From Octopus vulgaris (Eukaryota), in the NCBI GenBank assembly GCA_951406725.2, contig OX597824.1, forward strand, positions 52,390,001 to 52,454,000: DNA of 64,000 bases, written 5' to 3'. The notes below the pieces were generated by a model. That model made no database searches, was not told the origin of the DNA, and saw only the letters and a program-made list of their open reading frames with translations. Numbering within the stretch: the stretch's first letter is position 1; the number at the start of each line of letters is the position of its first letter. Below, piece after piece: positions 39,706 to 55,032 of the stretch. The position numbers were made by a program, and so were the translations under genes.

Positions 39706-42003
39706 TTGAGTCCCCACTTGGTGATAGGGCACATATTGACTACCTCATCTTTCGAAAGAAGTGATGCAATAGTGTTAAAAACTCGAGATCCTACTCTTCC
39801 TTTAGTTCTGTCGGCTCTGACCACAGAATTGTATCAGCTACCGTTAAGCTTAGTCTTCGCTCATCCAAAAGCTAAGCCTCACCCGATGAAAACGATCGAC
39901 AGGGAGGAAGTCTTATCTAACCCCGATATGTCCAAACAATTTACTATTGAGGTCTATAACACATTTCAATCTTTGTCTACTTCTGAAATAGATGCTGAGA
40001 ACATTGAAGAAGTATACAGCAGCCTCATCAAATCAACAGAGGAAGTTGCACTGGCTACTCTTCCCAAAAGGAAGAGTAGGGGCCAGAGCAAACCTTCTAA
40101 TTCCCCAAATGTCATCGAAGCCAGAAACCATCTAAAGTCTATATCACTAGCTTACCACCGTTCTCCATCCCAGTCACTGAAGATCCAACTCATAGCTGCC
40201 AAGAAGAATCTTGATGACGCTTACTTGAACGCCGAGGTCGACTTTATCAATAGCAAAATTAGAAAACTATCCAAAGAGCACATTAGTAAAAAACACCATC
40301 TTGCCTGGAAATACATCAAAGACCTATCAGGCAAAAATTCTGGGTCATCAATTAGAATTAAAGGGGGATCAGCTAAGAAGCGTTTAGAAAATTGGTCAAC
40401 CCATTTTAAAAACCTCCTTGGGAAGAATGCCAAAATCCCTGATAACCCCACTCTTCCAAGTGTGCCTATATCAGACACGCTGGACATCAACACCTCCCCT
40501 ATTACCATATTTGAACTAACAGCAGCCACCAAGCAACTAAAAGCCTCGAAAGCATTTGGTCCCGACAACATCCCAGCTATAATTTGGAAGGATGATAGAT
40601 TTCACACACTTTTGCTCAACCTCTGCAACCACACACTTTCCACCTTTGTCGCTCCAAAGATTTGGCACCAATCTCAAATCATCCCAATACCCAAAAAAGG
40701 CGATTTATCCCTCGTCACCAACTACAGGGGTATATCTCTAATGTCAATTGCTGCAAAACTGTACAACAAACTGATCCTAAATCGTCTTGTCCTTTGTGTT
40801 GAACCTTTGCTCCGAAAGAACGAAAATGGATTCATACATGGGCGCTCAACGCTGAGCCAGATACTATGCCTACGCAGACTTATTGAAGAATCAAAAGCAT
40901 TTAATCGCGATCTTGCAATGGTATTTGTAGACTTTTCTAAAGCGTTCGATTCTGTAGATAGGTACAAGATGTTTGAAATCCTTAAGCTCTATGGGATAAT
41001 AGACAAAATCATTTCTGCCATCAAGGTCCTCTACACAGATACGTCTTCAACCATCTTAACCCCTGACGGAGAAACATCAACTATCTCAATCAAAGCCGGA
41101 ATACTGCAGGGAGACATACTCGCCCCATTTCTTTTCATCATTGTTGTTGATTATGTGCTACGTATATCAGTTGATACCATCTCTGGCAAGGGCTTTGAAA
41201 TAAAACCAAGAAGAAGTTCCAGACACCCAGCTGAGTACTTGACAGACACTGACTTTGCTGACGACATCGCTCTTATCAGTGATTCTCTCTCCAATGCCCA
41301 GTCTCTTTTACAATCTCTTGAACAAACCTCAAATTGTGTAGGTCTTTACCTCAATGAGGCCAAGACCGAATACATAAACAAGTGCCTGTCCAACAGTGAT
41401 TGCATCATACATACTCTCAACAATGCGCCCTTAAATATGGTTTCTGATTACAAATATCTTGGGTCATACATATCATCATCTGGAAAATACTTTCTAACTA
41501 GAAAGGGTATGGCCTGGTCAGCCTGTAATGACATGCATAAGATCTGGTCATCAAATCTAAGTAGAGACTTCAAACCTGAAATCTTCAAAGCCACAGTCGA
41601 ACCAATTCTACTATATGGCTCAGAAACCTGGACATTATCCAAGAAGCTTGAGAGGCGGTTGGATGGAACCTACACTCGCCTCCTTATGAGAGCTCAAAAC
41701 CTCTCGTGGAAGCGCCATCCAACCAAAATGCAAATATATGGGAAACTACCACCTGTGTCATCTCTTGTGAAAGGTAGGAGAGTCCAGTTTGCTGGATATT
41801 GTTGTAGAGGTGAAAAAGAGGTAATTTCTGCTCTTCTCCTCTGGAAGCCATCTACTCGCAATACCAGAGGGCGCACACTCTCCTACTCTGATGTAATCTC
41901 CAGGGATACAGGCATCCAGCAACAGGACCTCCGTAATGCCATGATGGACCGCGAAGTCTGGCGTAGCATGGTAAATTCCATTGTCTCGACCACGGTCGAA
42001 TAA
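39706..42003 (+). pseudogene. LINE reverse transcriptase ORF (open for 765 codons, detached from EN by frameshift and stop)
   Basis: KAFGPDNI, NYRGISL, FVDFSKAFDSV, GILQGDILAP, DFADDIAL, YKYLGS, LLYGSETW and MDREVWR. Confidence 0.9.
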
Positions 42004-42025
42004 TGATGATGATGATGTATATATG

Positions 42026-42125
<100 letters not shown>

Positions 42126-42149
42126 CACATACATACATACATACATACA

Positions 42150-42180
<31 letters not shown>

Positions 42181-43011
42181 TGGCTACCTCAGACTATGGG
42201 TTTTCACGCCTACAGACATTGTAAAGTGTAATAAGGAATTTTGGGATATGCTCTATAATTGTATTTCGTTTTGTGATTTGGTTTGGGGATTCTTTATGTG
42301 AGTTCGTGTGTTGAAGCATATTCTGTTGTGTCTAGGGAGAGTCATTTTCTTTTTGTGCCTTAAAATTTAACACACTCACCAGTAAAATGTTCACATGTTC
42401 CTTATTTTTATTTTCCTAAAATTTTCTTTGCATCTTGCAACCTTTTCAATAGTCTTAACTCTGTTCGTTATTTACACTGCGTTCCTTTTTTGTTTGTTTG
42501 TGCGCATGTGTGTGGGTCAGTGTGTGTGTATGTGTGCCTAAGCATGCATGCATGCATGTATGTATGCATGTATGTATGTGTGTGTATGTATATATGTATG
42601 TATATATGTATGTATGTGTGTACATCTGTGTGTATGTATTCTGCATATTCATGTGCTTGCATGTCTGTGTGTATTTTTTATGTATGTGTGTGTGTCTGTA
42701 TATATATGCACCTCTGTCTCCTTGTGTGTGCATGTCTGAGTGCCTGTGTGTGTGTGTTTTGCCACTATGTACCGTGTTTGTATGCATGGATGTGCATCTC
42801 CATATTTGTACTTGTGTTAAGTAAAGTGTGTGTGTATATATGGTCATGCGTTTCAGTCTCCATTTGCGTTTGTGTGCTTGTCTGTTCATATAACCTATGT
42901 ACCTATCTGTCTGTATGTTGATATGTTTATTTTCATATCCATATGCTTACATACATGTACATATACACATATATACATACCCCACCCCATTCACACACAT
43001 ACAACTATCTA

Positions 43012-44314
43012 TCAGGTCATCCCATAAGTTCTTTCCGAATTTCGAATAAAGAAACCAAGTGATCAAATGTTATATTTAATTGAAATCTAATCATCAATGT
43101 ACTTCCCCTGACTATCTATGACTTCCTTCCATCTATTTACATGCATTTTAATCCCATTAATCTAAAATTCTTTTGGTTTCAAAGCGAAGAACTCTGAAAT
43201 GTCAGTTTCGACTTCCTTCTGGCTCGCGATAGTTATGTCCCCCAAATGATTCCATAAACTACGGAACAAATGGTAGTCTGAAGGAGCAATGTCGGGAGAA
43301 TAAGTTGGATGATGAGTTATTTTCCCAACCAAGCTCTTCGATCTTCTGTGATGTGATTTGTGCAGTGTAGGGTCGCGCATTGTCCTGATGAAACATCATT
43401 CTTTTTCGATTCACCAAACCGGGTCTTTTTTTCTTCAAAGCTTGGTCCAAACGTTCTAATTGCTGACGGTAGACTTGATCATTGATTGTTGCATTAAGTG
43501 GTAACAATTCAAAGTGAATTACTCCTTTGCAATCCTACCAGATAGAGAGAAAAATCTTTTTCTCATGAAGTTCCCTTTTCGGTTGTGGTTGAGCTTTTTC
43601 CTTTTACCAAGCCACTGTTTACGACGTTTAACATTTCGATAGAAGATCCATTTTTCGTCACCAGTCACAAGTCAATCCAAAAAGTGTGAAATGAGTTCGT
43701 GAGAATGGAGAGAAAAGCAGATGTCAACTCGGAATTTGCGGTTGCTTTCGGACAATTCATGAGGCAGCCATTTTCCAAGTATAGGAACCTTTCCAAGTTG
43801 TTGAAGATGATGATGAACGGTTGTATGGATTGAACTAAGCTTTATTGCCAATTCTTCAACTGATAATGCAGGATTTTTTTCAAGTAATGCTTCAAGGAGC
43901 TTATCATCAAACTCAACTGGACGTCCTGTTCGATCTTCATCTTCAAGGCTAAAATCTCCACTTCTGAATTTTGCAAACCATCTTCTGCAAGTTCTTTCAT
44001 TCAAGCATTCTTTCCCATAAACTGAGTTTATGATCCGAGTCGCTTCGGCTGCAGAGTTTCCTTTTTTTGTACTCATAAAGCATTATGTGCCTCAAATGCT
44101 CTTTGGATACTTTCATGTTAGAAAGGGTTTTAATCAAAGAAATTTTATCCTGTAAAATAATTATCTATTATCCTGTAAAATAATATTTAATTAGTTTAAA
44201 TGTATACAAATGCATAAAAATAATTTTAATTCCATTAGACATTCTAAAATACTATTAACTTTCATTCAATTTTAAAAAAGGTAAAATCAGACAGAACTTA
44301 TGAGGATGACCTGA
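43012..44314 (-). mobile_element. Full-length mariner transposon, transposase pseudogenised
   Basis: TIRs TCAGGTCATCCCATAAGTTCT and AGAACTTATGAGGATGACCTGA, flanked by TA. Motifs WLPHEL, VTGDEKW, HQDNARP and YSPDIAPSDYHLF. Confidence 0.92.
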
Positions 44315-44676
44315 TACATAACAGCTCTCCATTCTACTCTATCTATGTAAACTGTGGGTATGGGGGTATGATATCTGCTATGTATATTTCTTATTTAGTA
44401 TTCGGGAAGTTTCGTTTATAATGACGTACTCCCGTATGTGTCAGTGTTGGGTCTTTTGGGTGCGTAAAGAAATTCAGATAAATTTTTGAAAAGTCTTCTT
44501 CGTATAAAGGCCACTTCTTGATGTTTTATCTCAGATCCAATTTGAAAAGCTATAATCACGACACATAAATGCGTGTGTGTTCGTGGTGTGTGTATGTGTG
44601 TGTGTGTTTGAATGCAAGTATTTGTGTATGTCTCTGTGAATATATGTGTATATTTCCTTGATTTACAATGAGTATA

Positions 44677-44721
<45 letters not shown>

Positions 44722-46419
44722 ATCTTTCTATCTCTATTTCTACGTGTCTAAGTTAACTTTCGCCACCACAACTATCTATCAGCAGCGTCAATTGAACAAT
44801 ATTAATACCAGACTCTGTAATACTTTCATCTCCATTACCAACCTACCAATTTCTTAAAGACCAAACAGAGAGCATCAACATCTTTATGAACAAAGTGAGC
44901 AATTCCATTTAAAGTAAAAGGCAATCACATAAGAAAATGATGGTTCCCTAGTGTATTTTAAAAGTTGATGACTGATTTTAGGTCAATGAGGTTTGCGATT
45001 AAGAAGGCAAAACAAAACAAATGGAGAAAAATGTAACCGCGCTACCACCATACACTATCACCATCACCGTCATCACCATCACTATCATCACCACCACCAC
45101 CACCACCACCACCATCACCACCATCACTATCATCATCATTGCCATCATATCACCATCATCATTATCACCATCACCACCATCACCAAAACCTAAACCAATA
45201 CAATCGACATCATCTGGCCTACCATTCCACCAACTTTTGAATAACCGAATGACAAAAACAACAACAGTATGATAGCAATGTTTTTAGCTATATCTGTTGT
45301 ATATCAGCAAAATGTTGGGTGTATTTGAGAGTGTATTTGTGCGTAAGGTGTGTATGTGTTTGTTAGTAGTACGTCGGTATCTTAGTTTTAAGTTCAGAGT
45401 GAGGTGCAATGAACCTCTCAGATTCTTTTTACGTCTAAAGAAATTAAACAACAATTTTTTCTCATAAAACAATTCTTTCCTGATGCAACATTTTTCTACA
45501 GATTTGATGTTGATAATTGATGATCGCTACCGCTGTTGGAATTACTTATAATTCAAGATGTCTTAGAATGAAGACACCAAGCAGATCACAGAGTAGTAGT
45601 GCAATAAGGAATAGTAAAGGTATTATACCGAAAGTAATCTTGATGTTTTCAAAAGGATTTATGTGGGAGAATCATTGACAAAACATTAAAGAACGCAACA
45701 TGTACTGAAAAAACAATTGGTGACAATAGAGAGAAAATTAAATCAATTGTTCAAGAAGTTACTCCATTAACTGCTTGGCTCACAATTCTTTTCACAATCT
45801 AATGTCCTGCTTAAAAATGGAACGGTTGTTGGGTGTATGGGACGAGGGCCAGATTCTATGCAATGTATGTTAAGCATGATAGTAGTTAACATTATCAAAA
45901 GTTTTCATTAGGATTTCCAGAAAAGGGAAGCTGAAACTTCTTATACAAAAGCAAAAGATTTTCCTAGTTAGTAAACTCTGGTTTAAAAGTTTTAAGAAGC
46001 GCTTGAATTTACGCAACATAAAAATGACTGGTGAAGTCCAGAAGACATGTTATCTCCGGTCGAATATTACATTTGATTTGCCTTTCGTTATATAATTGCA
46101 TTAAGTATGATACGCATATGACAATTTTAATTTAATACTGCTTCTACTACATATATTTGTATCATAATTGATGTGTATACACCATTCTCAGACATGTTTC
46201 ATTAAGAACACAATATACGGTGGAACGAGACGTATAACATACCCACAGTGACTGCCGGCCATCCAGACACCTTTTACCCTCTCTAGGACATCTTTATATA
46301 TATTTTTATTTATTTATATTTACATTTATGTTTATTTATATGTGTGTGTGTATGTGTATATCGTTACGCACACATACATCTTTTATTATTATTATTATCA
46401 TTATTAATATTATAATTAT

Positions 46420-49400
46420 TCTATGTTTGACATTTGCTTTACATTTGTACAAGTTGGCTCCAAGTCTCACCCAGAGACCTCAAGAGACAAAAAGTTGGAA
46501 GTTCATGTTGCTGTTATGCCTAGGGTGCCATATATTTGGTTTTGCACTTAGTGTTGTACTATGGAGGCGCAATGGCCCAGTGGTTAGGGCAGCGGACTCG
46601 CGGTCGTAGGATCGCGGTTTCGATTCCCAGACCGGGCGTTGTGAGTGTTTATTGAGCGAAAACACCTAAAGCTCCACGAGGCTCCGGCAGGGATGGTGGT
46701 GATCCCTGCTGTACTCTTTCACTACAACTTTCTCTCACTCTTACTTCCTGTTTCTGTTGTACCTGTATTTCAAAGGGCCGGCCTTGTCACTCTCTGTGTC
46801 ACGCTGAATATCCCCGAGAACTACGTTAAGGATACACGTGTCTGTGGAGTGCTCAGCCACTTACACGTTAATTTCACGAGCAGGCTGTTCTGTTGATCGG
46901 ATCAACCGGAACCCTCGTCGTCGTAACCGACGGAGTGCTTCCCAGTGTTGTATTAGTGAATGCTTAAAAAACCATACGAAAATTATGTTTGGTTTAAAAC
47001 TTGAGATTACATAGAAAGTATTTTGCGTAGGACATGAGCAGTTCCCAGGAACAATATCTTTTGAATTTCTGCCATTTTGGGGCTTCTTGGTATCTGAGTT
47101 AGGTAGCAATCAGCCCCTTTTGATATCATTCCCAGGGCACCTATGACAACAGGTATTGTTTTAGTCTTCAGGTTCCACATTTTGCTGATTTCTATTTCCA
47201 GATCTATTTATTTGCTCAGTTTCTGGTAGGTCTTGACAGATACGTTTATATCGATTGGGACAGTCATATCAATGAAGAGGCAAGTTTTTTGTCTGAAGTC
47301 TTTCAATATGATGTCTGGCCTATTTGCATCTATCTTTCTGTCAGTTTGAATGGTGAAGTTCCAGAGGAGTGAGATGTGGTCATTTTCAAGCACTGGAGGT
47401 GGTTTGTGTTCCCACCAGTTTTTATCATGGAGCAAGTCCAGGCTTCTGCAAATTACCAAGTGAATATATTGTGCAGCTCTATCGTGCCTGTTGAGATACT
47501 CTGTAGGCGCAAGAAGACTGCACTTGGAGACAACATGATCAATGGTTCCATTTTGTTGTTGACATACACGACATGTTGGGCTACTGCCGTTCTTTAATAT
47601 ATTTTGGCCTGGTAGTTCCTTGTAGGTAGGCACTGATCTTGAGCTACTATGATAAACCCTTCTGTTTCAGATTTTAAGCCAGAGGCCATTAGCCATTGAT
47701 GGGTCAGGGCTTTGTCAACATCTGCATTATTCGCTCTCTTTGGGTATTTGCAATTTAGAATTTTGTCTTGCCATTTATCAAGTAGAATATCTAAGACAGC
47801 AGCTTTAGCACGGGTTTTCATGCGCTTAGCTTTTTCTACGCTTTTTTCATGTATATCTAATTCCGAAATTTGTTGTATTCGGAACTCATTTAGATATTCC
47901 TTTGCCTGTTTTGTTACTGAATATGTTGCTTTCTTGTTTTCATGTTTTGAGACAAGTTTTAACATCCAGTCCTAAGAGTTTTTCATGTAGGTGTCTAAGC
48001 CAATTGTAGCAATCTTCATTGTTATTGACAGTTGTAAAAGTCCACAGCCTCCCTCTTTTCTTGGCAGATAAAGTCGTTCTATATCTGCCTTAGGTTGGTG
48101 CATTCTATGCACTGCCAACAGTTTTCGTATTTTTCTGTCAAGATTAAATATTTCAGTAATTGACCAGTTAACGATATGGAAACTGTAAGTCACGACTGGT
48201 ATGGCTAAAGCATTGATCGCTTCGATCCCGTTTCTCGCATTCAGCTCTGTCTTGAGTATTGCTCTTACTCTGCAATAACATTCTCTCCTGATCCTTTCCT
48301 TCATCACTGAATGCTTTATTCTGTCCCCTTCAATTACCCCTAGGTACTTGTAGCTCTCCGCTAGCTCTAACTCTTTTATGACATTCTGCTGGCCACGGTT
48401 AACGTTAGATGTTTCTGTTATTTTTACTTTGTAAAGTTCTGTTAGCAGTACATGGCTCTCTGGGAAGGCATTCATCAGAAGTTAGGAATTTCACTCTTCC
48501 TGGAGACTTACATTTGCTTGACCTCATGAGAGCAGATCTTATAACTTCTACCTTGACACACTCCCACTTTTGCTCCTTTAATGAGTCCAAGGGGCCTTTT
48601 CATTTTGTGTTTTTTCTTCTACCCAAATTTTATTCCAAAATCCCTGCACTTCTTTTGATTGTACAGACTTTACAGTAACTATTGTTTTCCCTATCTTCCT
48701 GTAAAAAATTTTTGGGGTTATTTTTGAACATGTTGTTGTCCTTGAAGAATCTAACACGCTTTTCATACCTCGCTATGCGGGCAGCTTTAGCAGATACCTT
48801 TTGCTTGATGGTTTCTATGGTGGCATCAATATCAAGTATAGCTTTCATATATTTTTTCATTAATTTTGGGGTTTTTGTAGGTTTGGTAGTCTTGTCAACC
48901 TTAAGGTTTTTCAAATATTTAATGTCAGACCTAAGTAGTTTAATTTGTTGTTGGATACGCTCTTGCCAAGATGACTTTTTGTGAGAATGTTGCCGTTTTC
49001 TAATCTTTTCACCACATAGAATCGTTGAGATTTTCGTGGATGCATAGAACATGTGGTTGAGATCTGTGATGTCAACATCATTAGCTGAAATTATATACTT
49101 AAGTGCAAGGCGGATTTAACCAATTATTTTCATGTTTTGGTTAGAGTTGCGGATTTTGGGGAGTGTATCATGTTCATCCATACTGGTTTCTTTAATTTTC
49201 AGCCATTCAATCATGATTTGAATTTTTAGCTCATCTAGTTCCGTTGGGTCAATATTTGTTTGAATTTCTTCATCTATTTGATGTTCATATGTCTTAGTGT
49301 TGGTTGAGGGAGTATTTCACTTTGCATATCACTTATACTAACTCTTTCAATCCTTACTGCATTTTTATCAGCCCTCGGCTGGTCTATAATTATTTCCTCT

Positions 49401-49940
49401 GTATTATCTACTTTAGCTGCAGCTTCGTTCATTTTATCTGTTACTGCTTGTTTAATTTGGTCAATCAGTATTTTGTTTTTATAATGTTTCTTCTGACGTT
49501 GGCAAGTTTGTTACTGTCTATGTAGGGTCTTACTTCAGGGTGTTTCTGTCTCCAGTTTAAGTAGGTTTGTACAGTATTAGATTTATTTTTGGGGAAATAT
49601 ATGACATGGTAGAAGGCCGTAAGAACTTCTTTATTATCTTCCCTAGACCATTTTTCATTCTTTTTCTTTTGATGACGGGCATGGATGGCCATCTGTTAGA
49701 ATATTCCTGTTGTGGGGTACGTCCAGCTCCTGTGTGTTGGGAAGATTTGAACCAGTAGCTGATTTTTCGACCAGAATCTGGTTCAACATTCGAGTATGTA
49801 GTCTTTTGTAATCCGATCGATGACCATTGCCGTTTGTAATTTGTTTTGTTAACAGTGACGCATGACGACCTTCCACGCTTACATTAGGAGACGGATCTGT
49901 CAGTTTAGGGTTAATGTTTTGCGACAACACCGTCTCCGTG
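46420..49940 (-). mobile_element. R4/Dong-like REL non-LTR retrotransposon with internal RT deletion
   Basis: N-terminal KWSREDNKEV..KLANVRR, then KSPG, a jump to YKYLG at ~48435, ADIERLYLPRKEGG, CRVC..HVVSKC, RHD and RPD..IDMTVP. The 3' end lies next to (TAA)n. Confidence 0.88.
46562..46943 (+). mobile_element. tRNA-derived SINE nested in the Dong-like 3'UTR
   Basis: A and B boxes in the head, and a 12-bp TSD AGTGTTGTA(C/T)TA at 46550-46561 and 46944-46955. Confidence 0.85.
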
Positions 49941-49947
49941 TTCTCTG

Positions 49948-50544
49948 TGTAGTGATCATACAACGGCGCGCGCGCGCGCGCCGTCCATTTGAATTTCGCG
50001 CGTGTTGGTGCCTTCACCAAGGCACAGAAAGGAAGGCCCTCTCGCGCATGCGCGAACCACCGGTACCACGACCCTATTGCCTACGTAGCAGTTAGCGAGG
50101 CAAGGGGGTCGTAGAACGTTTGACCGCTAGCAGCAGCAGCCAATGACTTGGGACCCAGCGATTGAAGGCGGCGGTCACGCATATATTCTCTCCGTCAGGA
50201 TTAGATTCTAGCAGTCCTTTGGCCGAAGACTTTTGGCCAGAATTGTTGCAGACCAACATCGTCTCCATTGTTCGACGCCATCTTGACCCCTTTCTGTTTT
50301 GGGCTGAAGATTGTAAATATTACAATCTATTAACTTTCAGCCTTGCGCGCCCAGAATCAAGGACATCAGATAACACACTTATTGTTATTGTTTACCAAGA
50401 AAGAGAATAAAGTAGTTATGTGTATATTTTGCGTCTGCGTCCTGTTTGTTTCTGACTAGTAGAGATTTGGATTATTAAGTAACGGCTAGTGAGTGATTGC
50501 TTTGTGCACCCCAAAAGTGCACGAGGATATTCACACATCACTAA
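49948..50544 (+). mobile_element. Candidate solo LTR
   Basis: Termini TGTAGTGAT...ATCACTAA. CpG-rich U3-like part with GCGCATGCGC, CCAAT, a TATA-like ATATATT and AATAAA near 50406. No clear TSD. Confidence 0.35.
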
Positions 50545-50899
50545 GTTCGTTTCATCTGCATGTAAACATCGCTCGTAGCGTAGCTTCTCAAGGCTAGCAG
50601 ATCTGTATTCGTCTGTATTTTTTTGTTGATAGATTTATCTCCGAACATAGTTTTTTTTTATTGTGGTGTTTTTTAAACTTATGAATGGTTCACTCTGTCT
50701 GTGTTAGTTCGAAAAAAATGAATGTAAAATAAGAAGAAAAAAGAAAGTTTTGATTTTGTTTTTGCTTCGTTTGTGACACGTGCTTTCATGTGCATGAGTG
50801 TGTGGCCTGTAAATTTCACGAAGTTGTGTAAACATTGGGATGTATATGTAGTTCTATGGGTATCAAAATGTATATATGGTTGTGTAGACATTATTATTA

Positions 50900-51623
<724 letters not shown>

Positions 51624-51916
51624 TCTGAGATGTAGTAGTACGTTCTATTTTCTGTGTTCAAATTCCGCCGAGGTCGACTTTACTTTTTATCATTTCGGGG
51701 TCGATAAAATAAGTACTAGTTGAACACTGGAGTTGCTGATAGATTGACATCAGTCTTCAATTTTTAAGTTTACAACTGGCAAAAAGGAAAAGAAAGAATG
51801 GGGGAAAAGAAAAGAAAAAGAAAAGGGAAAAGAAAAATATTTCATCAAGCAGTTTTTTGATAAAATTTTCCTGTCATTTTATTCATCTCTCCAGAATGAC
51901 AAACATATTTCTCCTC

Positions 51917-52028
<112 letters not shown>

Positions 52029-54837
52029 AGTTCTTATTTGCCGTATTAAATAAAATATATACCATATTATTATGTCAGTTTAAACCAGCAATTGCTGTGA
52101 TAAAAGCGATAGGTTCATATTTGCCTATCTCTTACGGGTGTATTTATTTTGCTAAATTATCTAAGCGATTCTTATTATTCTGTTTTGCAAAGGAGATCGA
52201 GAAATCACTGCATAGTGGTCTCCAGAAACTTAGGAACGTAGGGTTTAGCCTTGAATAGGAAGGTATTTTTGATAGATGCTCATCATGAAAGATAAGCAAC
52301 CTTCCTAAGATTTTAAAAAAAAAAAACAGATAACGAAGCAGCTGTAAAAATACGCGGTGATTGAATCGAAACAATCAATAATATTGATTCTGAAAGCGAA
52401 ATCCTTTTCATAACTGAATACGTATGCTGATATCACAATTAATGACTTAAACTAAAAAAAATTCTGCAGAAAATCACGATACACTTCAACCCTGAACAAA
52501 CATTTTCTGCTGCTACCACAGTAGTCGTATGATATGGCATGTCGGCTGACAGTGGTGGAATGTCAATTACATACTACTGGAGCATTATTTGCAATAACCA
52601 ACAGAGATAATAAACCACTTGACAGATATGTCAATGGATTGAGATGACAAAATATTCCTCTCAATGAATTTCAGAAATTATCATATTTGAAAAATAGGGA
52701 AGTAGAGATGTTGAGAAAGAGAATTTGAAACGAAATCAGTTCCAGCAGTAAAAAAAAAAAAGAGATGTATGAAGTCAATCATTAATTTCTGTTTAAAGAA
52801 ATCCTACAAAAAAATTACAAGCAGAGATAATACTGTTTGTAATATGGGGGCATGCGCTGTAACAGTGCGTCGCTGTATCCACCATTTGTTTCCGATTCCC
52901 AACTCCTGCTGGATGACACGATTGCATTTACTCAGCCGACAACCCGACAACCCATAGGTTTGTTTTGAGTAGTTGTTGTTGATGAAGGTTTTTACGAAAC
53001 TGCAGTACAAATTCTATCTCAACCACTTTTAGTTGTCATTTATGAGACGCAGAGGAATTGTTGGGTCTATTCCCCGTACAACTAAACATAAAACGTCTAT
53101 TAAAAAATATTACAGAAAGACAAAACCGGTGAGACAAAACCAGCGCACTCAGTCAACACATTTAATATAATGTTTTTGTTTAGTGAATAACAATGATAAA
53201 CAATATACAAAACAGGTAATAGTAACACTACTCGAACACTTGTGCTAAACAGTATTTGCCCACCCAGAACAAGTTAACATCATCTTGAAAATACAGGCGA
53301 TAACTGACTGAGAACGGTGTTGAAAGGATAACTGACAATGAGCATATTTTGTTTTATGCAGGCTGATTGCAGCTGACATCTTATTCAGCGTAAACTTAAA
53401 AGTTATCACAAACTAATACATAAAAGACGTTATGTAATAAAAATAAGAGAAATAGTGTCTGAAACTACTGTGTTATGAAATTTAGCTGAGCACACAGATT
53501 TGTAGAAAAAAGAAAATTGGTTCTAACATTATATTCTAAAACTGGTATGCTATAACATTTGTGAAAGTTTTCATTGCAGCAAAAAGTGTACATCTGCGAA
53601 AGAAAGGAAGTAACTTACCATCACACACACACACACAAAACACACACACACAAAACACACACACCCAAAACACACACATATGTATGTGTATGTGTGTGTT
53701 TCTGTGGAGGAATAGATATCAGAGTTATCCACTAGTTTCTCGGCAAAGCGTCATAGGTTCCATAATAACCAGTTCCTCGGTCATTAGCTACATCAGATAT
53801 TGCCACGACATTTTTATATTTTCATATACGATATTTATATATTACAATATATACACTCTCTCGACGCTACATAATGAATTTCATGTATTCAACTTCGTTG
53901 GCAGATATCTTGTATTCCAGTGTACTTCACAAATTGTTCACAAAGAACAATGGAGTTCACTCTGAAAGAATGTTTAAAATACTAACAGATTGTATCAAAT
54001 TAACCAGCTTTTCATTTTAGAAATAATGATTGAGAATATCTATAATAATCAGATGAGAATTTATTCATTAGTTTTGGCTTCCTGCTTACGGCAAAGGCAA
54101 CAAAAATAGCACACAGTAATGGAGATATTGATTTCTGGAAAATGTTTCTTTTAATCTTTACGAAACTTACGACCACATGTTAATAATTCCCGCTAAAATT
54201 TCATGCCCTCCTCAGTGAAGTTATGTAATCTATCAATCACTCTAAATGTCTTAAAACAACAAAAGCTAACTGTAAAGAGGACCAACAAGTAATGATGGTG
54301 GAACTTCTCGAAGCATCTGAATTGATTCATGTAAGAACTCCGCCGAATCTCCATCTTAACTAGAACGTATAGCATATTGTGGCGGTTAGCATTTGTGTGT
54401 CTGCCGAGAATAATAATGTTCTGTACTGACCGTAACACCGTTGACAATGTATGGCCTTTTCATTCTTGTACTATGGATATACAAAGCTACATATACTTAA
54501 CTTTGTCTGTACACTGAGCTATGCTGCAGGAGATTTCATAAAATGCAAAGAAAGTGTTTTCCAAGGAAGAAAAGGATATTCCCTCCAAAACCAGTCAGTT
54601 TATGGTGCCGCGCAAATTTGTAAAACAATCTAAATATTCTCTTTGTGAGTGTGAACTTATGCATATAATCACGTATATGTATGCACATCATATACATATA
54701 AAGATTTATTCACGCACATGCCCGTACTAACGATAAATAAAGAAGAAAAAAACTCTGTAATAAAGATATATTCTATTGCTGTAACATAAATTACCAATGC
54801 ATCCATACGAATGACTAATATCTATCAACTATCTATC

Positions 54838-54916
<79 letters not shown>

Positions 54917-54985
54917 AATGCGTGTGTATGTGTGTGCATATGTGTATATATGTGGTTGGCATGCAAACTTTTTATCACACAGCCA

Positions 54986-55032
<47 letters not shown>

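Larger units (their letters stand above)
38286..42017 (+). mobile_element. Near full-length RTE-type LINE (APE endonuclease plus RT) inserted in (TA)n
   Basis: APE motifs STFNARTL, IIAVQEH, VYSPH, AGDLNAR, HIDY and SDHR, followed by an RT ORF. It ends in the hairpin TCGACC-AC-GGTCGA and a (TGA)n tail. Confidence 0.9.

Noticed and set aside
46022-46075. HHR-like CTGGTGA..GGTC-GAATATTA
   Set aside because: Both boxes are mutated and stem I is out of register.
50130-50175. Twister-like GGTCCCAAG on the minus strand
   Set aside because: It lacks the UAA cleavage context and the downstream GAGGG pseudoknot partners at suitable spacing.
54190-54222. Minus-strand CTGAGGA-gggcat-GAAA
   Set aside because: Neither stem II nor stem I can form.
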